A DNA stretch of 64,000 bases from a virus. The position numbers were made by a program, and so were the translations under genes. Under the pieces are notes generated by a model. That model made no database searches and was not told the origin of the DNA. It worked only from the letters and a program-made list of their open reading frames with translations. Shown piece by piece: positions 26,543 to 37,328 of the stretch. The stretch covers positions 1 to 64,000 of IMG/VR virus record IMGVR_UViG_3300027728_000006; one strand, given 5' to 3'. Numbering within the stretch: position 1 is the first letter of the stretch; every line of letters begins with the position of its first letter.

Positions 26543-29500
26543 ATGCGTGAAAAAATCAAAAGGATAAAGGTTAAAATTAAAGGTTTTGGCTCTAAAATGG
26601 ACAACAAGGCTAATGGCGGTGAAGGTTTAGTCGATTGTGAGTTTTTGTCTGTTGGTCCAACTTACTCATTGGCAATAGATTCCGAATCTAAATTATTCGG
26701 CTGGGGTGAAAATTTTTCTGGCATTTTGGATTTTGAGCAAAATGGCGTAAGTCAAAAAAAGTTTAAAAATGTTTCGGCTGGATATAATCATGCAGTTGGG
26801 GTTTGCCTGTCGGGAAGCGGTGTTAACTCAAGTTTTAAACGGTATGATTTAAACTACGCGAGCGCAAATTCTCAATTTGACTTTTCTCTTTCTTATACTG
26901 GCAACTGGAGTTCTCCATTTTGGATTCCAAAATCTAGCCTTGACCCATACTCTGGATTTAATAAAAGAGTTATATTGACTGGAATTTTTGATGCTGGACT
27001 GATTATAAAAAAATATCCATCTGATGAGAGTATTTTGCAAGAAAAATATACTGAGCCTACTTTTTTTTCTGGTAATTTTGACTTGAAGAATGATGAGTCT
27101 TTTTCATTGCGCGTTTATCCAAAACCCAGATTGTTGTTACCTGGTTCTACGAATCCTTGGTCTTGCACATCAGTAGTGAAAGTTTTTCAAAATATCGAAG
27201 ACACGTACGTAGTAACGGGGTGGGGATCGAATGATTCTGGTAAGCTTAATTTTGTAAATTATCAAAAAAATTTAATTAATCCTAAGTTTGCATTGGCTTC
27301 CAATGACTTTTCTTTAATTTTACTTCAAAATGGAAAGGTTAGTGGATTTGGATCGAATGCCTATGGTCAAATAAGCAATTTAAATGCTTTAAATAACATT
27401 GTGGATGTTTCCGCAGGATATGATCATTCTTTATTTCTAGATAGCAATGGTTCAATTTATTCTAGGGGTTCAAATGATTTTGGTCAACTTGATTTTCCTG
27501 GCATCAACAATGTTTATCAAATTGCTGCAGGAGGAAATACTTCTGCAGTTTTATATAAGCAAAATATAGATTCAACTGATTATAGCATTTTTGCAGTCGG
27601 TGACACAGAAAGTTTTAATTTTACACAGATCAATGCTGTAGAGGATGCCGTTTACTTGAATGTTTCAGCTGCTGCAATTATTGTAGTTTTAAAAAATGGA
27701 AGCGTATTGAGGTTTAGTAATGATCAAACTTGCGTTAGCGGAGTGGGCGATTTAAAAGACTGTATTTATGGATTAGATGGTTGGAATTTTTCTCAATTTA
27801 TTATTTCTGACGGAGCTAAAGATGTAAATTTTTTAGAGGTTGGTGCGGACTTTTCATTTGCTGGTAAGTCGGATCAAGTTATAGAGAATATAAATATTGA
27901 TACGGCTATAAGAAAACAAATAGAAAATATAGATGGTAAAAATTATATAAGAATGGATTCATCTTTATTTAATATAAATTTTCAATCAGGATCATATCAA
28001 AATTCATTATCTGATTCTTTCCTAAAGATTTCTGGAGCTTCTTTGTCAAACAAAAGGGTGAGTGGGGAAACTTTTACTTATTCATATTTGGACGATCCAA
28101 TCATAGAAGCAAATAACGGTTTAAATTCATATCTGGTTGATGATTGGGCTTCAGATTTAGCGCTTGCTGACCAAGATTATAAAAATGAAATAATAAACTC
28201 TGGGTTTATAGACCCATTGTCGTTCTCCGGAGCGGATCCATTTTTAAGAGTTAAAAGAAGTTTGGGTGACATTAAAACTAAAAATTACAGTTTAAAAATT
28301 TCAGATAAGAAAAATCAAAGAAATTTATTGACCGATTTGAATGAAGAACCAAATAGATTCGTTTTTTCTTGGAAAAATTTGCCTGTTCAAAATTCTCCAT
28401 CTGAAGACTTAATTTCAGATGATAGGGCTTTTATTATTTATGATAACAGAACTGGAACAAGCTCTAAAAATGTATTCGCTTATGCTTTTGAATTCGAAAA
28501 AGGTATATTTTCAAAAGAAGTTAAATTTGCACAAGATGATTACAAGAGGTATTTCTATAATCCTATTTTAAAAATTGAGCCAAAAATTATTAGTGGCTGG
28601 CATTCTTTCACTTCATCTTTCCAGTCTATATGTGTTCAGAAAGAGGGGTGTGGACCTGGGCTGCCACCTCCGCCAAAAGAGATATGTATTGATGGGGCTA
28701 GTGGAGAATATTCTTTTCCTGCTGGGGGTACTGGCAGGACTCAATTGCCTCCAACTGGCACTGGCTATGACATTTGGTTGTCAAAAATAAAATCTGATTT
28801 TTTAAAACCCCCAACTACTTCTTTGCCATCTAATTCTTATTTGTATGAGCGGGGAATTTCCACAGGCGCCTTGAAAACAGAAATGATTTTTAGCGGGTCT
28901 AGTGGTATTATATTGTTTGGGGACTTCTTCTCTGGAGACTCGCTAACTTTTAAGCCGTATAATATTGACGCATTGGGCGGTTATAGCGGATTATATAAAT
29001 CGCTATACCTTGAATCTCCACCATATTCAGAAGTTCCTGGTTTTACTTTAAAATTTAAAACTGATTTTGACACTCCGTCAGAATTGTTGAGTTCTCTTAA
29101 TGACAATTTTGCTAATTATAACTTAAATCCTGGTAGAGATGATCGTTTATGGTATTGGGGAATGGGATGCGCGACTGGACTGGGCGCTACTGGCGTTTTC
29201 GAAAAAATAACTAGACCGCTTGCTGACGCTTTTTATGTTGAGCCAGGGAATTTTTTTAGCGGAGTCAGTGAAGAAACTCTAAAACATTGGAGTGGTAGAA
29301 TAATTGGATTTAAGGCAAATTATTATCATCAAAGTGGATTTAGATTCAGCTTGCAAAAAAATTCTAGAAAAATAGAAGCTTCTTCAGCGCAATTGGGTGG
29401 ATATAAATTTGTCCTGCCTAACAAGATTTCTTTATTTGGATCGAATGATCGTATTAACTGGAAGCTTTTAGATACTCGTTCTGAAATTGTTTGGTCTGGG

Positions 29501-31495
29501 TTAGAGCCAACTCAAAAAAAGGTTGATATTAGTTATTTTAATTCTGACTTGACTATGTTAAAAGAACTTAATCATATATCTGGATATGACAAAAATTCTA
29601 TGGATGAAAGTATTATCAAAGCCCAATCTGAGGTAGATATTACTTCTTTTTCTTTTTCTCAGCCGGTAACAGATCCTCATTATCAGTTTAGACAGTTACT
29701 TGATATGTCTAAAACTTATCTCAGACAGGAAAAACCGTTTTGTCAAGCAGAGATTGTGGAGGAAAATGTTCCTGTGTTTTATATTGGATCTGGAAATAGG
29801 TGTGGGGAGAAAGAAAGTGGAGCAAAAGAGAGTGGCGAAAAGGAAACTGAAGAAAGTGGTTCTACTGCTGATCCGTTAATAATGGAATCGGTTAGGACTG
29901 GATGGACAATTGACTATAAAAAACTTTCGATGACGGAAGCTGATTTATTTAATCTGAATTTTGATTATCTCAAGGTTGACTTTGAAAATTTTAAATCTTC
30001 TACGGAATTAAATGAATTGAGTCCGCTTAATTTTTTCCACGTTAATAAAATTAACTTTTTTTCTCTTGAAGGTGTTTCTCCTGAATTGCAAACTACTATT
30101 GATTGTTGGGATAATGGAATTTATGAAATTACACCAAGTGGAGATGTTCCAGTTAATATAAGTGGTTTTTTTACAGCTGATGTTAGAGCGCAAGATAGTG
30201 GGGTTAGGAAGTTTACTTCCGCGTTAATAAGCGGCAAATTAGTGGATAAAGCTTATGGAGACTATATAAAGATGAATAGGCTTAGTGGGATCATAACCTC
30301 AGATTCTGGATACGCTATTTATTCTGGTCCGCTATATGCAACTGGAGAATTTTGTACTGGAATATCTGATTGGTTTTACAACTCTGATACTAAAATAGTT
30401 GATTTAAAAAAAGATTTTTGTTCTACTTTCAATTCTGGATCTGGAGCCTTTTCTGGTTCTTATTTGAGAATAAAACCTGAAATTGTTAATAGAGATTTAG
30501 CTGCTGGAAGGTTTCTAAATCCTTCGTACGAAGTAAATTTTGAAACTGGAATTTTCTATAGTGGATTTTTTTATGCAAAAGAATATGTTTCTGGATATAC
30601 TGGCTATTTAAAAGTTCCATATTCTATTACTGGCTATTCTACATCTGGCTTTATTGACTTTGCTAATAATTTAAATGGGTCTTCTTTTGGATCTCAAATC
30701 AAGGTGATTGAAAATCCTTCGAGTTATGACCAAGCTTCCGGCTGGTTTAGAATAAATGAAAATTTATTGGTAACTGGTGATTTTTTAAAATTGAATCAAA
30801 ATTTTATTTTTTACAATCCTGATTCTGGAAATGCAATGGCTCCAACAAACTTTAGTAACTTTAATTCGCTATGCGATATTTTAACTGGTGATCTATATTC
30901 TGAATTATTTAATTCTAAATTTGAAATTTATGAGGACAAAACTATTTTAATAAAAGCTTTGCCATTGGGGGATTCTGGAAATTATATTGATTTTAATTTT
31001 CAATCTACTTCTGGAGGTATAAGTGGAGCAAATGGATATTATTATAATGGCTTGTTTTTGAGTGGCGGCAAAACAGTTTACCAAAAAATTTCTGGAACTG
31101 GCGGCTACTCTTATGCTATAAATATTAGTGGATATCCTGTAACTGGTTTTTATTATTCCACTAGTGGCTCTGGTTTGATTTCTGGGCCAGTTAATTCATA
31201 CCAAGGAGAGAGAGAGTTTACTGGCGCTTGGGCTTTGGCAACTGGAACATCTACTCTTTTGCAAAATTTAAGTTTAGTTGAAATTACTGGCGGGCGTTAT
31301 TCTGGAAAATATTTAGAGGAAGATCTTGGACTTTATCCTGGGAAGCTTAATATTGCAGTTGGCTATAAGGATATATTTAGTATTGGAGGTAGAGATGCTG
31401 CTTTGTTAACAATTCGTGATGAGAATTATATTTATGTTAATAATAACGAATTGATAACTGGTTCTGGGATTAGTATAATAATTAAAAATTATTAA
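26543..31495 (+). CDS. Large RCC1/BLIP-II repeat protein, probable virion or adhesion protein
   Basis: Repeats such as VSAGYDHSLFLDSNGSIYSRGSNDFGQL and GWGSNDSGKL; LFGSND..W.LLD (F5/8C-like); SG/TG-rich C-terminus; start codon uncertain (26522/26528/26543). Confidence 0.7.
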   Translation: MREKIKRIKVKIKGFGSKMDNKANGGEGLVDCEFLSVGPTYSLAIDSESKLFGWGENFSGILDFEQNGVSQKKFKNVSAGYNHAVGVCLSGSGVNSSFKRYDLNYASANSQFDFSLSYTGNWSSPFWIPKSSLDPYSGFNKRVILTGIFDAGLIIKKYPSDESILQEKYTEPTFFSGNFDLKNDESFSLRVYPKPRLLLPGSTNPWSCTSVVKVFQNIEDTYVVTGWGSNDSGKLNFVNYQKNLINPKFALASNDFSLILLQNGKVSGFGSNAYGQISNLNALNNIVDVSAGYDHSLFLDSNGSIYSRGSNDFGQLDFPGINNVYQIAAGGNTSAVLYKQNIDSTDYSIFAVGDTESFNFTQINAVEDAVYLNVSAAAIIVVLKNGSVLRFSNDQTCVSGVGDLKDCIYGLDGWNFSQFIISDGAKDVNFLEVGADFSFAGKSDQVIENINIDTAIRKQIENIDGKNYIRMDSSLFNINFQSGSYQNSLSDSFLKISGASLSNKRVSGETFTYSYLDDPIIEANNGLNSYLVDDWASDLALADQDYKNEIINSGFIDPLSFSGADPFLRVKRSLGDIKTKNYSLKISDKKNQRNLLTDLNEEPNRFVFSWKNLPVQNSPSEDLISDDRAFIIYDNRTGTSSKNVFAYAFEFEKGIFSKEVKFAQDDYKRYFYNPILKIEPKIISGWHSFTSSFQSICVQKEGCGPGLPPPPKEICIDGASGEYSFPAGGTGRTQLPPTGTGYDIWLSKIKSDFLKPPTTSLPSNSYLYERGISTGALKTEMIFSGSSGIILFGDFFSGDSLTFKPYNIDALGGYSGLYKSLYLESPPYSEVPGFTLKFKTDFDTPSELLSSLNDNFANYNLNPGRDDRLWYWGMGCATGLGATGVFEKITRPLADAFYVEPGNFFSGVSEETLKHWSGRIIGFKANYYHQSGFRFSLQKNSRKIEASSAQLGGYKFVLPNKISLFGSNDRINWKLLDTRSEIVWSGLEPTQKKVDISYFNSDLTMLKELNHISGYDKNSMDESIIKAQSEVDITSFSFSQPVTDPHYQFRQLLDMSKTYLRQEKPFCQAEIVEENVPVFYIGSGNRCGEKESGAKESGEKETEESGSTADPLIMESVRTGWTIDYKKLSMTEADLFNLNFDYLKVDFENFKSSTELNELSPLNFFHVNKINFFSLEGVSPELQTTIDCWDNGIYEITPSGDVPVNISGFFTADVRAQDSGVRKFTSALISGKLVDKAYGDYIKMNRLSGIITSDSGYAIYSGPLYATGEFCTGISDWFYNSDTKIVDLKKDFCSTFNSGSGAFSGSYLRIKPEIVNRDLAAGRFLNPSYEVNFETGIFYSGFFYAKEYVSGYTGYLKVPYSITGYSTSGFIDFANNLNGSSFGSQIKVIENPSSYDQASGWFRINENLLVTGDFLKLNQNFIFYNPDSGNAMAPTNFSNFNSLCDILTGDLYSELFNSKFEIYEDKTILIKALPLGDSGNYIDFNFQSTSGGISGANGYYYNGLFLSGGKTVYQKISGTGGYSYAINISGYPVTGFYYSTSGSGLISGPVNSYQGEREFTGAWALATGTSTLLQNLSLVEITGGRYSGKYLEEDLGLYPGKLNIAVGYKDIFSIGGRDAALLTIRDENYIYVNNNELITGSGISIIIKNY

Positions 31496-31498
31496 ATT

Positions 31499-32200
31499 AT
31501 GGCTGGACAAAATTCTAAAACTTATAGAACTTTAGCTCTTCCTACTAAGAGTAGCGCTAACTTGGCGTACCCATTTCAAATTACCGAATATGACGCTTCC
31601 TTGGGTGGAACAAAGCCTGATGGATACGATGATGTGGGTGGTGATAAAACTTTTCATATGGTTCGAACTGGAGATTGTTTTAGAACTTTTTCCTATGATC
31701 CAAAGCATCTTATAAACATAAGGGGGATAAATTCTGGCTTTGAATGGGTAGAGGATGGGAAGGTTTTTATTGATTTTACAATTTTAGGTAATCTCCAGCC
31801 ATCTGGAGATGCATTTGTAAGATGTGAAAAAGTAGGAAAAGATTCGGCTGGTAAAGGGGGAAAGGATATTATTGATCCAGGTGGATGGGTTGATTATCCT
31901 TCTATGTTCAGATTAATTCCAGAGGATGAATTGGATGATAAAGGATATATATCTAAAGTTGCGGACTATCAGGTTCAAACAAAGTGTTATTTATTACTTG
32001 GCTTGAGGTCAGATGATTCTCAACTTGTTAGCCCTAATGCTACAAAAACGTCTGGTGAATTTTCTATACTTCAAAAAGCCAACTCTAATTTGATTATGAT
32101 GGCTAGCCAGCATAGAGGCACTCCTGTTTGTTTTCCAATGCCTTGGCATGGCGGAGCTAATATTTCTGGAGTCGTAATTGGATCCAGTCAGTCTTCTTAA
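31499..32200 (+). CDS. Hypothetical protein, probably structural
   Basis: Co-oriented and adjacent to the RCC1 gene. Confidence 0.6.
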   Translation: MAGQNSKTYRTLALPTKSSANLAYPFQITEYDASLGGTKPDGYDDVGGDKTFHMVRTGDCFRTFSYDPKHLINIRGINSGFEWVEDGKVFIDFTILGNLQPSGDAFVRCEKVGKDSAGKGGKDIIDPGGWVDYPSMFRLIPEDELDDKGYISKVADYQVQTKCYLLLGLRSDDSQLVSPNATKTSGEFSILQKANSNLIMMASQHRGTPVCFPMPWHGGANISGVVIGSSQSS

Positions 32201-32206
32201 TTTTGT

Positions 32207-33265
32207 ATGATTGAGCCAAATAGTCCAATTTTTGTAAATTACCTGGGGGAAATACCAATAAATCCAGATGATTTACCATTACCAGACAATCAGTATCGCA
32301 GAAGACTTTTTGTTGGAACCGGTTCAGATAGACCAATTGGATTTACATTTAGAGAAATGGCTCTTTTGTATTGGAAGGTTAGATCTTTTAAATTTAGTGT
32401 AAATGGAATATTACCGCCAAGAGATGCTCTTACTGATTTTCTAATGGCTGGCGGGGCTTCTGGAGGGGTTGCTCAAGCCTCTGGAGGATTAGAAGTAGTT
32501 GCCGCGCTTGGCAACTCATTACCGAATTCATTTAATGCATCTGGATCAACTAAGGTATCAACAGCATCAAGAGTTAGAAACAGAATAAAGGATAGAAATA
32601 TAGAAGAAGCTTCTCTTGAGGATTTAAATAATCTTAATTTGGCTCAAAAGTCCAATAAGGATAGAAAAATATTCGGTGATGATAATGGTCCTTACGCCGC
32701 TAAGGTTCTACATACTCGTAGAAATAGAGATAATAAAAAAACCGGAAATGATTACAGAGCCGTAAATGTAAACGAGGGAAGCTTGCCTGCAGCTGGTCCG
32801 GTGCATAAATTTTCCAATAATGGATGCAGTCTTGTGATAGATTTCTCGTACATAATAAAGAAAAAATTTCTTTATTATCCTAGGATCATTGTGACAACTC
32901 CATGGGGAAATTCATGGGTCAGCTTTTCTTCGGAAACAGAAACAGAATATGGCTTAAAGACAAATTTTAACACGTCTTATTCAAGCGCGTCAAGCATTTA
33001 TGCAAATGTTTTTTTCAAAAATGGAGGACTTATTCCTATATATTATTTTTCAGAACTTCAAGTAGGACAAACTGGCATGAGAGGTCTTATGGGTCCAATA
33101 ATAAATGGAGATATTTCTATCATGAGCCAGGGATCCTCGAGTGGATCAGCTAGCACAACTAGCTGCTGCTCTAGATTTTATTATGATGACTCTGACAAAT
33201 ACAGACTTGAAAATGCTAAGGAATGTAAAAATTGTGAGCAACTTGGAGTTGGATTAAAACTTTAA
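32207..33265 (+). CDS. Hypothetical protein, probably structural
   Basis: EMALLYWKVR motif; end of the plus-strand island. Confidence 0.6.
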   Translation: MIEPNSPIFVNYLGEIPINPDDLPLPDNQYRRRLFVGTGSDRPIGFTFREMALLYWKVRSFKFSVNGILPPRDALTDFLMAGGASGGVAQASGGLEVVAALGNSLPNSFNASGSTKVSTASRVRNRIKDRNIEEASLEDLNNLNLAQKSNKDRKIFGDDNGPYAAKVLHTRRNRDNKKTGNDYRAVNVNEGSLPAAGPVHKFSNNGCSLVIDFSYIIKKKFLYYPRIIVTTPWGNSWVSFSSETETEYGLKTNFNTSYSSASSIYANVFFKNGGLIPIYYFSELQVGQTGMRGLMGPIINGDISIMSQGSSSGSASTTSCCSRFYYDDSDKYRLENAKECKNCEQLGVGLKL

Positions 33266-34077
33266 ACTTTCTTCTTAAGCCTTTGAATAAGTTCGAAAAT
33301 AACCTTGTTCGGCACATTACTTGGCTCATTCCAATCTTCCGCTTCTACCTTTCCTTCTTTTTTCAAGGTTTCTTTTACTTTTTCAAAAGTAATATTTGTT
33401 TTTTTCATTAGGTCTATCAGAACATTTACAGGATGAGTCGATGAAACTGCTGAGTGATCACTTGAATCTTGCGGCGGCTGCCCTTTGTTTGAATCTCCAA
33501 CTTCATCGCTTCCAACGATATTTATTCTTAAAAAATTTCTTACGGCTCTAACAAACGCTCTGTTTTCAGCAATAGCCATCAAGTAATCTTTGGCAAAACT
33601 TTTTGTGTTTTCAATATGGGCGTCGGCTAGCGATGAGAATAAGACTGGCTCCATCTCTGTTTCAAAATTAGGGATCCATTCTATTGTGCATTTAACAGCC
33701 ACATAGCTGCTACTGGCTTGAACTACGTCATACGCCACGCTTCTAAAGCCTCTAGTTTGCGCGAGGTCTTTAATGCCAGCTAAAAGAATCAAAAGTTGGT
33801 TATCGGGAAGGCTTGATATATCAACGTCCTTGCCTTGGTTTTTTAAGGCATCCCTGTTAGCAACTAGATATTCTCTACCTATCATCGCTCTCCAGTTAAT
33901 GGTTCCGTTGACATTAAATTCATATTTTACGCTAGGTAAAAGCCCGCGTTCGTCTCTTTTGAAGAGAGTTAGTTCTTTTTCTAAAGAAGAGGACTCGCCC
34001 TCATCGCCTACATCTGGCAGGTTAACGGTTTCAATTGTTTCGATTTCTTCGCTTGTATTTTTTGTATTTTTTTTCAT
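33262..34077 (-). CDS. Putative ssDNA-annealing protein (Rad52/RecT-like)
   Basis: LLAGIKDLA...ADA...AIAENRAFVRAVR; located in the replication block. Confidence 0.5.
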   Translation of the reverse strand: MKKNTKNTSEEIETIETVNLPDVGDEGESSSLEKELTLFKRDERGLLPSVKYEFNVNGTINWRAMIGREYLVANRDALKNQGKDVDISSLPDNQLLILLAGIKDLAQTRGFRSVAYDVVQASSSYVAVKCTIEWIPNFETEMEPVLFSSLADAHIENTKSFAKDYLMAIAENRAFVRAVRNFLRINIVGSDEVGDSNKGQPPQDSSDHSAVSSTHPVNVLIDLMKKTNITFEKVKETLKKEGKVEAEDWNEPSNVPNKVIFELIQRLKKKV

Positions 34078-35307
34078 CTATTTTTTGAAAATGTAAATAT
34101 TATCGTAATCTTTTTGTAAAAGAAGGTCAAGATTTTTTATTTCTTTGAGGTCTTGATAAAACGACCTAGTTAAAGCTTTTTCTTTCAAAGCCGCCTCGCT
34201 GATATATGTTGACCCATCTGAATAGATTATTCTATAGCTTTTATAGAAGCTTGAGCCCTTGATTTTTTTTAATAATTCCTGCTGCTTTTCTTTAGTGTCC
34301 CTTTTTTCTATTTTATATACTTCGCATACATCCAATAGGTTTAATTTTAAATTATTAATTTCTTTTTCATTGTCCATTATAGATTCGTCGAATAGAAATT
34401 TGCAATTTAATCCTAGCTTTATCAGTTCTTTAATGAAGAGTTTAGTGCTCTCTGATGAATCTTTTACGTAAAAGGTGAATTCTTCTAGATTTTTTTTAAT
34501 TTCGATATTTTTTAAAAACTCCACGTCGAATTTTTTATCAGAAAAAATCCTGCACTTTCTCTTGGATAGATTTGTTAAAATGTATTTTATATTATTTCCA
34601 TCAATTACATTCGAATTCAAAAGATCAAGTCTTAGATTGAGTGTTTTATCGGGAGCTTGCTGTACATAGAAATCAAAATTAGGAACTAATTCTATTTTAA
34701 GATTAGAAAAATCTTCTCCAAGGTGAAGAGATTGTATGTCCAGATTATTTTTAATTTTAAGAAATTTTAAAACTTCTTTAGACGCTTCTTCCGGCTTAAT
34801 AAGATTAATTGTTTTCGGTTTTTCTTCACTAGAGAAAGATGGCTTGTTGCCATTCCTGTGAGACTCTATCATCTTGTAATCTTCTTTTTTACTCCAGTAT
34901 GGGTAAATATTTTCGGCGTAAATTACTGTAGATAGGCAAACTATCTTTTTTTGGAAATAGGAGGCGAAATGTAGGCTCATCGTATCACTTCCAAGGTAAA
35001 GTTCGCTATTCTTGATTAAATGAGCAGTTTGCCTCTTTGTGCAGCCGAGAGCGCTGTAGCAATTATTTATTAGTTTTTCTTTTTCGGCTCCCACCTGAAC
35101 GATTTTAATATTTTCTTTTTCTAAAAAGGGTAGCATGAAATCAATCACCTCGTTATAATAATCGTAATTTTTAGACTCCATGCCGCTTCCAGCATTGAGG
35201 CAAATATATTTACTATTACCAAATGGCAATGGAAAATATTGAGTGATTATTTTAGGTAATCCAATTTTTGCGCCGCAGTTCACTGCGTATTGTTCTAATA
35301 TGTGCAT
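34078..35307 (-). CDS. GT9-like glycosyltransferase C-terminal lobe plus extra domain
   Basis: MHILEQY, ICLNAGS...KNY, IVQVG, LIKNSELYLGSDTMSLHFAS. Confidence 0.7.
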   Translation of the reverse strand: MHILEQYAVNCGAKIGLPKIITQYFPLPFGNSKYICLNAGSGMESKNYDYYNEVIDFMLPFLEKENIKIVQVGAEKEKLINNCYSALGCTKRQTAHLIKNSELYLGSDTMSLHFASYFQKKIVCLSTVIYAENIYPYWSKKEDYKMIESHRNGNKPSFSSEEKPKTINLIKPEEASKEVLKFLKIKNNLDIQSLHLGEDFSNLKIELVPNFDFYVQQAPDKTLNLRLDLLNSNVIDGNNIKYILTNLSKRKCRIFSDKKFDVEFLKNIEIKKNLEEFTFYVKDSSESTKLFIKELIKLGLNCKFLFDESIMDNEKEINNLKLNLLDVCEVYKIEKRDTKEKQQELLKKIKGSSFYKSYRIIYSDGSTYISEAALKEKALTRSFYQDLKEIKNLDLLLQKDYDNIYIFKK

Positions 35308-35317
35308 ATTTTATAAA

Positions 35318-37327
35318 TTAGAAATTTTTTATGTCAAAAGCAAGCTTATCTTTGCCGTTGTGTATATAGTTTAAAATTCTTTGCGTTCCTATGTGTGGAA
35401 GAAAAGTTATTTCAAAGTATCCTTTATTTCCCCCTTGCCCCTCTGACCACAATAAATTGTCCATAATTGGATAATAATCTATGACCTTGTGAATAAATTC
35501 ATTTCCATCTAGGATGTCTGCATATTGTTTTTTTGTAGCAAAGTATATATTATAATCAGGATAAGTTTCTTTTATTGATGGTAGAAGCGACGTACACCAG
35601 AAAACATCTCCAGCGCTTTGAGGCATAACGAAAAGTAATCTTTTTCCTTCGTCATTTTTGTCTAGAATGTCTTTAAAGTCAATTTTTTCTTTTTTTTGAA
35701 TTTCTTCTGAAGCTACTTTTCTAAAGTAATTTTCTATAGTTGCTCTTTCTGTATTTTTTCCAAGCTCTGTACACCAGTATTGAAAACCTTCATTTGATTC
35801 TTCTATCTCCATGTCGAGAATACTTTTGTATAAAACTTTTATCCATTCTTTATCCATTAAATTGGATGGAATAATTGCTTCTGGGTTTTGCTTTCTAACC
35901 TCTTTTGATTCAAATGAGCTTTCATCTTCATCATTTATAAATGGAGTATTGTCTAAATAGTCTTCTATTTCTCTTGAAACATTTGATATTCCGAATTTTT
36001 TAACCGTCCATTCTCTTGCTTTTTTGCCCCAGTCTTTTTTTTCCTCTTTACTTAATGAGATGAACTTGTCCAATTGTTGCTTGATTGAAGCTGGGTAGGT
36101 TGATGCTTTTATAAATTCAGTTCCATGTTCTAAATATTTTGCCCAATCTAGAGGTAATGAATATGCTTCCGGCTCGCAACATTCCTCTCCGCATGAGTAA
36201 TTTGTGACTAGCGTAATAAGTTCAGTAAGCTTAGCTTCTTGAATAGGAATTTCTTGCCCCCCACTAGTGAATGGATGGACATATACATCCATTAAATTGT
36301 AAATCTCATTAAGCTCCTCTTCCGAGATTCCAAATCCAACACCTGTAGTAATTTGAGATCCGCGTGCTCTGCAGCAATTGCAATTTTTATTTTGAGCATC
36401 CAGAGGCTCTTCCGTTTTTTGTCCAAACTCATCCAATACGAAATTGTCATTATCTTTTTTAAATTTTTCTAATCTATCGTCAAATGACTTAACTTCGTAC
36501 TGTCTGCAAGATCTGCAAATATAAGTTGTTAATATTTCTTTTGTATCAACCCCATATTGATCCGCTTGCGCTTTTATATTCCAACCTTCTGAAAAGTTCG
36601 TATGCAAAAGTAAATAAGCATTTTTTATCTCTGGATGTGAATCTCTCCACATTTTGTAGCCCTCCATTAAGTTGGGTACAAGTTTTCTAAGTTGGTTTCT
36701 GAATACGAAACCTATAATAATGGCATCTTCTGGTAGATTGTTTTTTACCCTTAGCTCTTTTCTTTTTTCATCATTGAGTCTGTAAAATTTCGAGTCATCA
36801 ATTGGTCCATGTATAGTTTTTACATGTTCATGACCAAGCCTATGAAGTTCTTTTTCGGCAAAATTGCTCCAAACCCAGTAATTTTTAATGTCTTTAGCTT
36901 TTTTAACTGCAAGTGGCAATATTGGTAAAGAGTCTAGCGTGATCCAGAGGCAGCTATTGATTTTCTTGAACCAAGTTTTATCGATATTATAGTCCACCCC
37001 CCAAAAATCTTGAGTTCCGATATAAATATCTGGTTTAATATTTTTAATATGTTCGTCGATTGTATGCGCACCATACCCAAGTGTTCTTGCTTGATTTGGA
37101 TCTTTTACTATTTCTTGGATTTTTGATTGGTCGGATGGCACGCTTCCATAACTTTTCCATGGAGTAGCTTGTAACTCTGGGGATCCCTCGTTAACGCTAC
37201 AACATACATGATGAATATCATATTTTTCAGTCTTATAAAGACTCGAAAGAAGAGTCTTCATTACTCTACCGAAACCTGTTTTAGCTAATGCGAAATCAGA
37301 GTGAAATAAAACCTTTTTTTTTCTCAT
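35318..37327 (-). CDS. GT4-like glycosyltransferase with Cys-rich insertion, fused to a GT9 N-terminal lobe
   Basis: TGFGRV, RNQLRK, IYNLMDVYVHPFTSGGQEIPIQEA; C-terminal SAGDVFWCTSLLPSIKETYPD...FAT. Confidence 0.8.
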   Translation of the reverse strand: MRKKKVLFHSDFALAKTGFGRVMKTLLSSLYKTEKYDIHHVCCSVNEGSPELQATPWKSYGSVPSDQSKIQEIVKDPNQARTLGYGAHTIDEHIKNIKPDIYIGTQDFWGVDYNIDKTWFKKINSCLWITLDSLPILPLAVKKAKDIKNYWVWSNFAEKELHRLGHEHVKTIHGPIDDSKFYRLNDEKRKELRVKNNLPEDAIIIGFVFRNQLRKLVPNLMEGYKMWRDSHPEIKNAYLLLHTNFSEGWNIKAQADQYGVDTKEILTTYICRSCRQYEVKSFDDRLEKFKKDNDNFVLDEFGQKTEEPLDAQNKNCNCCRARGSQITTGVGFGISEEELNEIYNLMDVYVHPFTSGGQEIPIQEAKLTELITLVTNYSCGEECCEPEAYSLPLDWAKYLEHGTEFIKASTYPASIKQQLDKFISLSKEEKKDWGKKAREWTVKKFGISNVSREIEDYLDNTPFINDEDESSFESKEVRKQNPEAIIPSNLMDKEWIKVLYKSILDMEIEESNEGFQYWCTELGKNTERATIENYFRKVASEEIQKKEKIDFKDILDKNDEGKRLLFVMPQSAGDVFWCTSLLPSIKETYPDYNIYFATKKQYADILDGNEFIHKVIDYYPIMDNLLWSEGQGGNKGYFEITFLPHIGTQRILNYIHNGKDKLAFDIKNF

Positions 37328-37328
37328 T

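Noticed and set aside
29804-29862. DNA tandem repeat or array
   Set aside because: Short degenerate in-frame peptide repeat (KESG) within a linker, not a nucleotide-level array.
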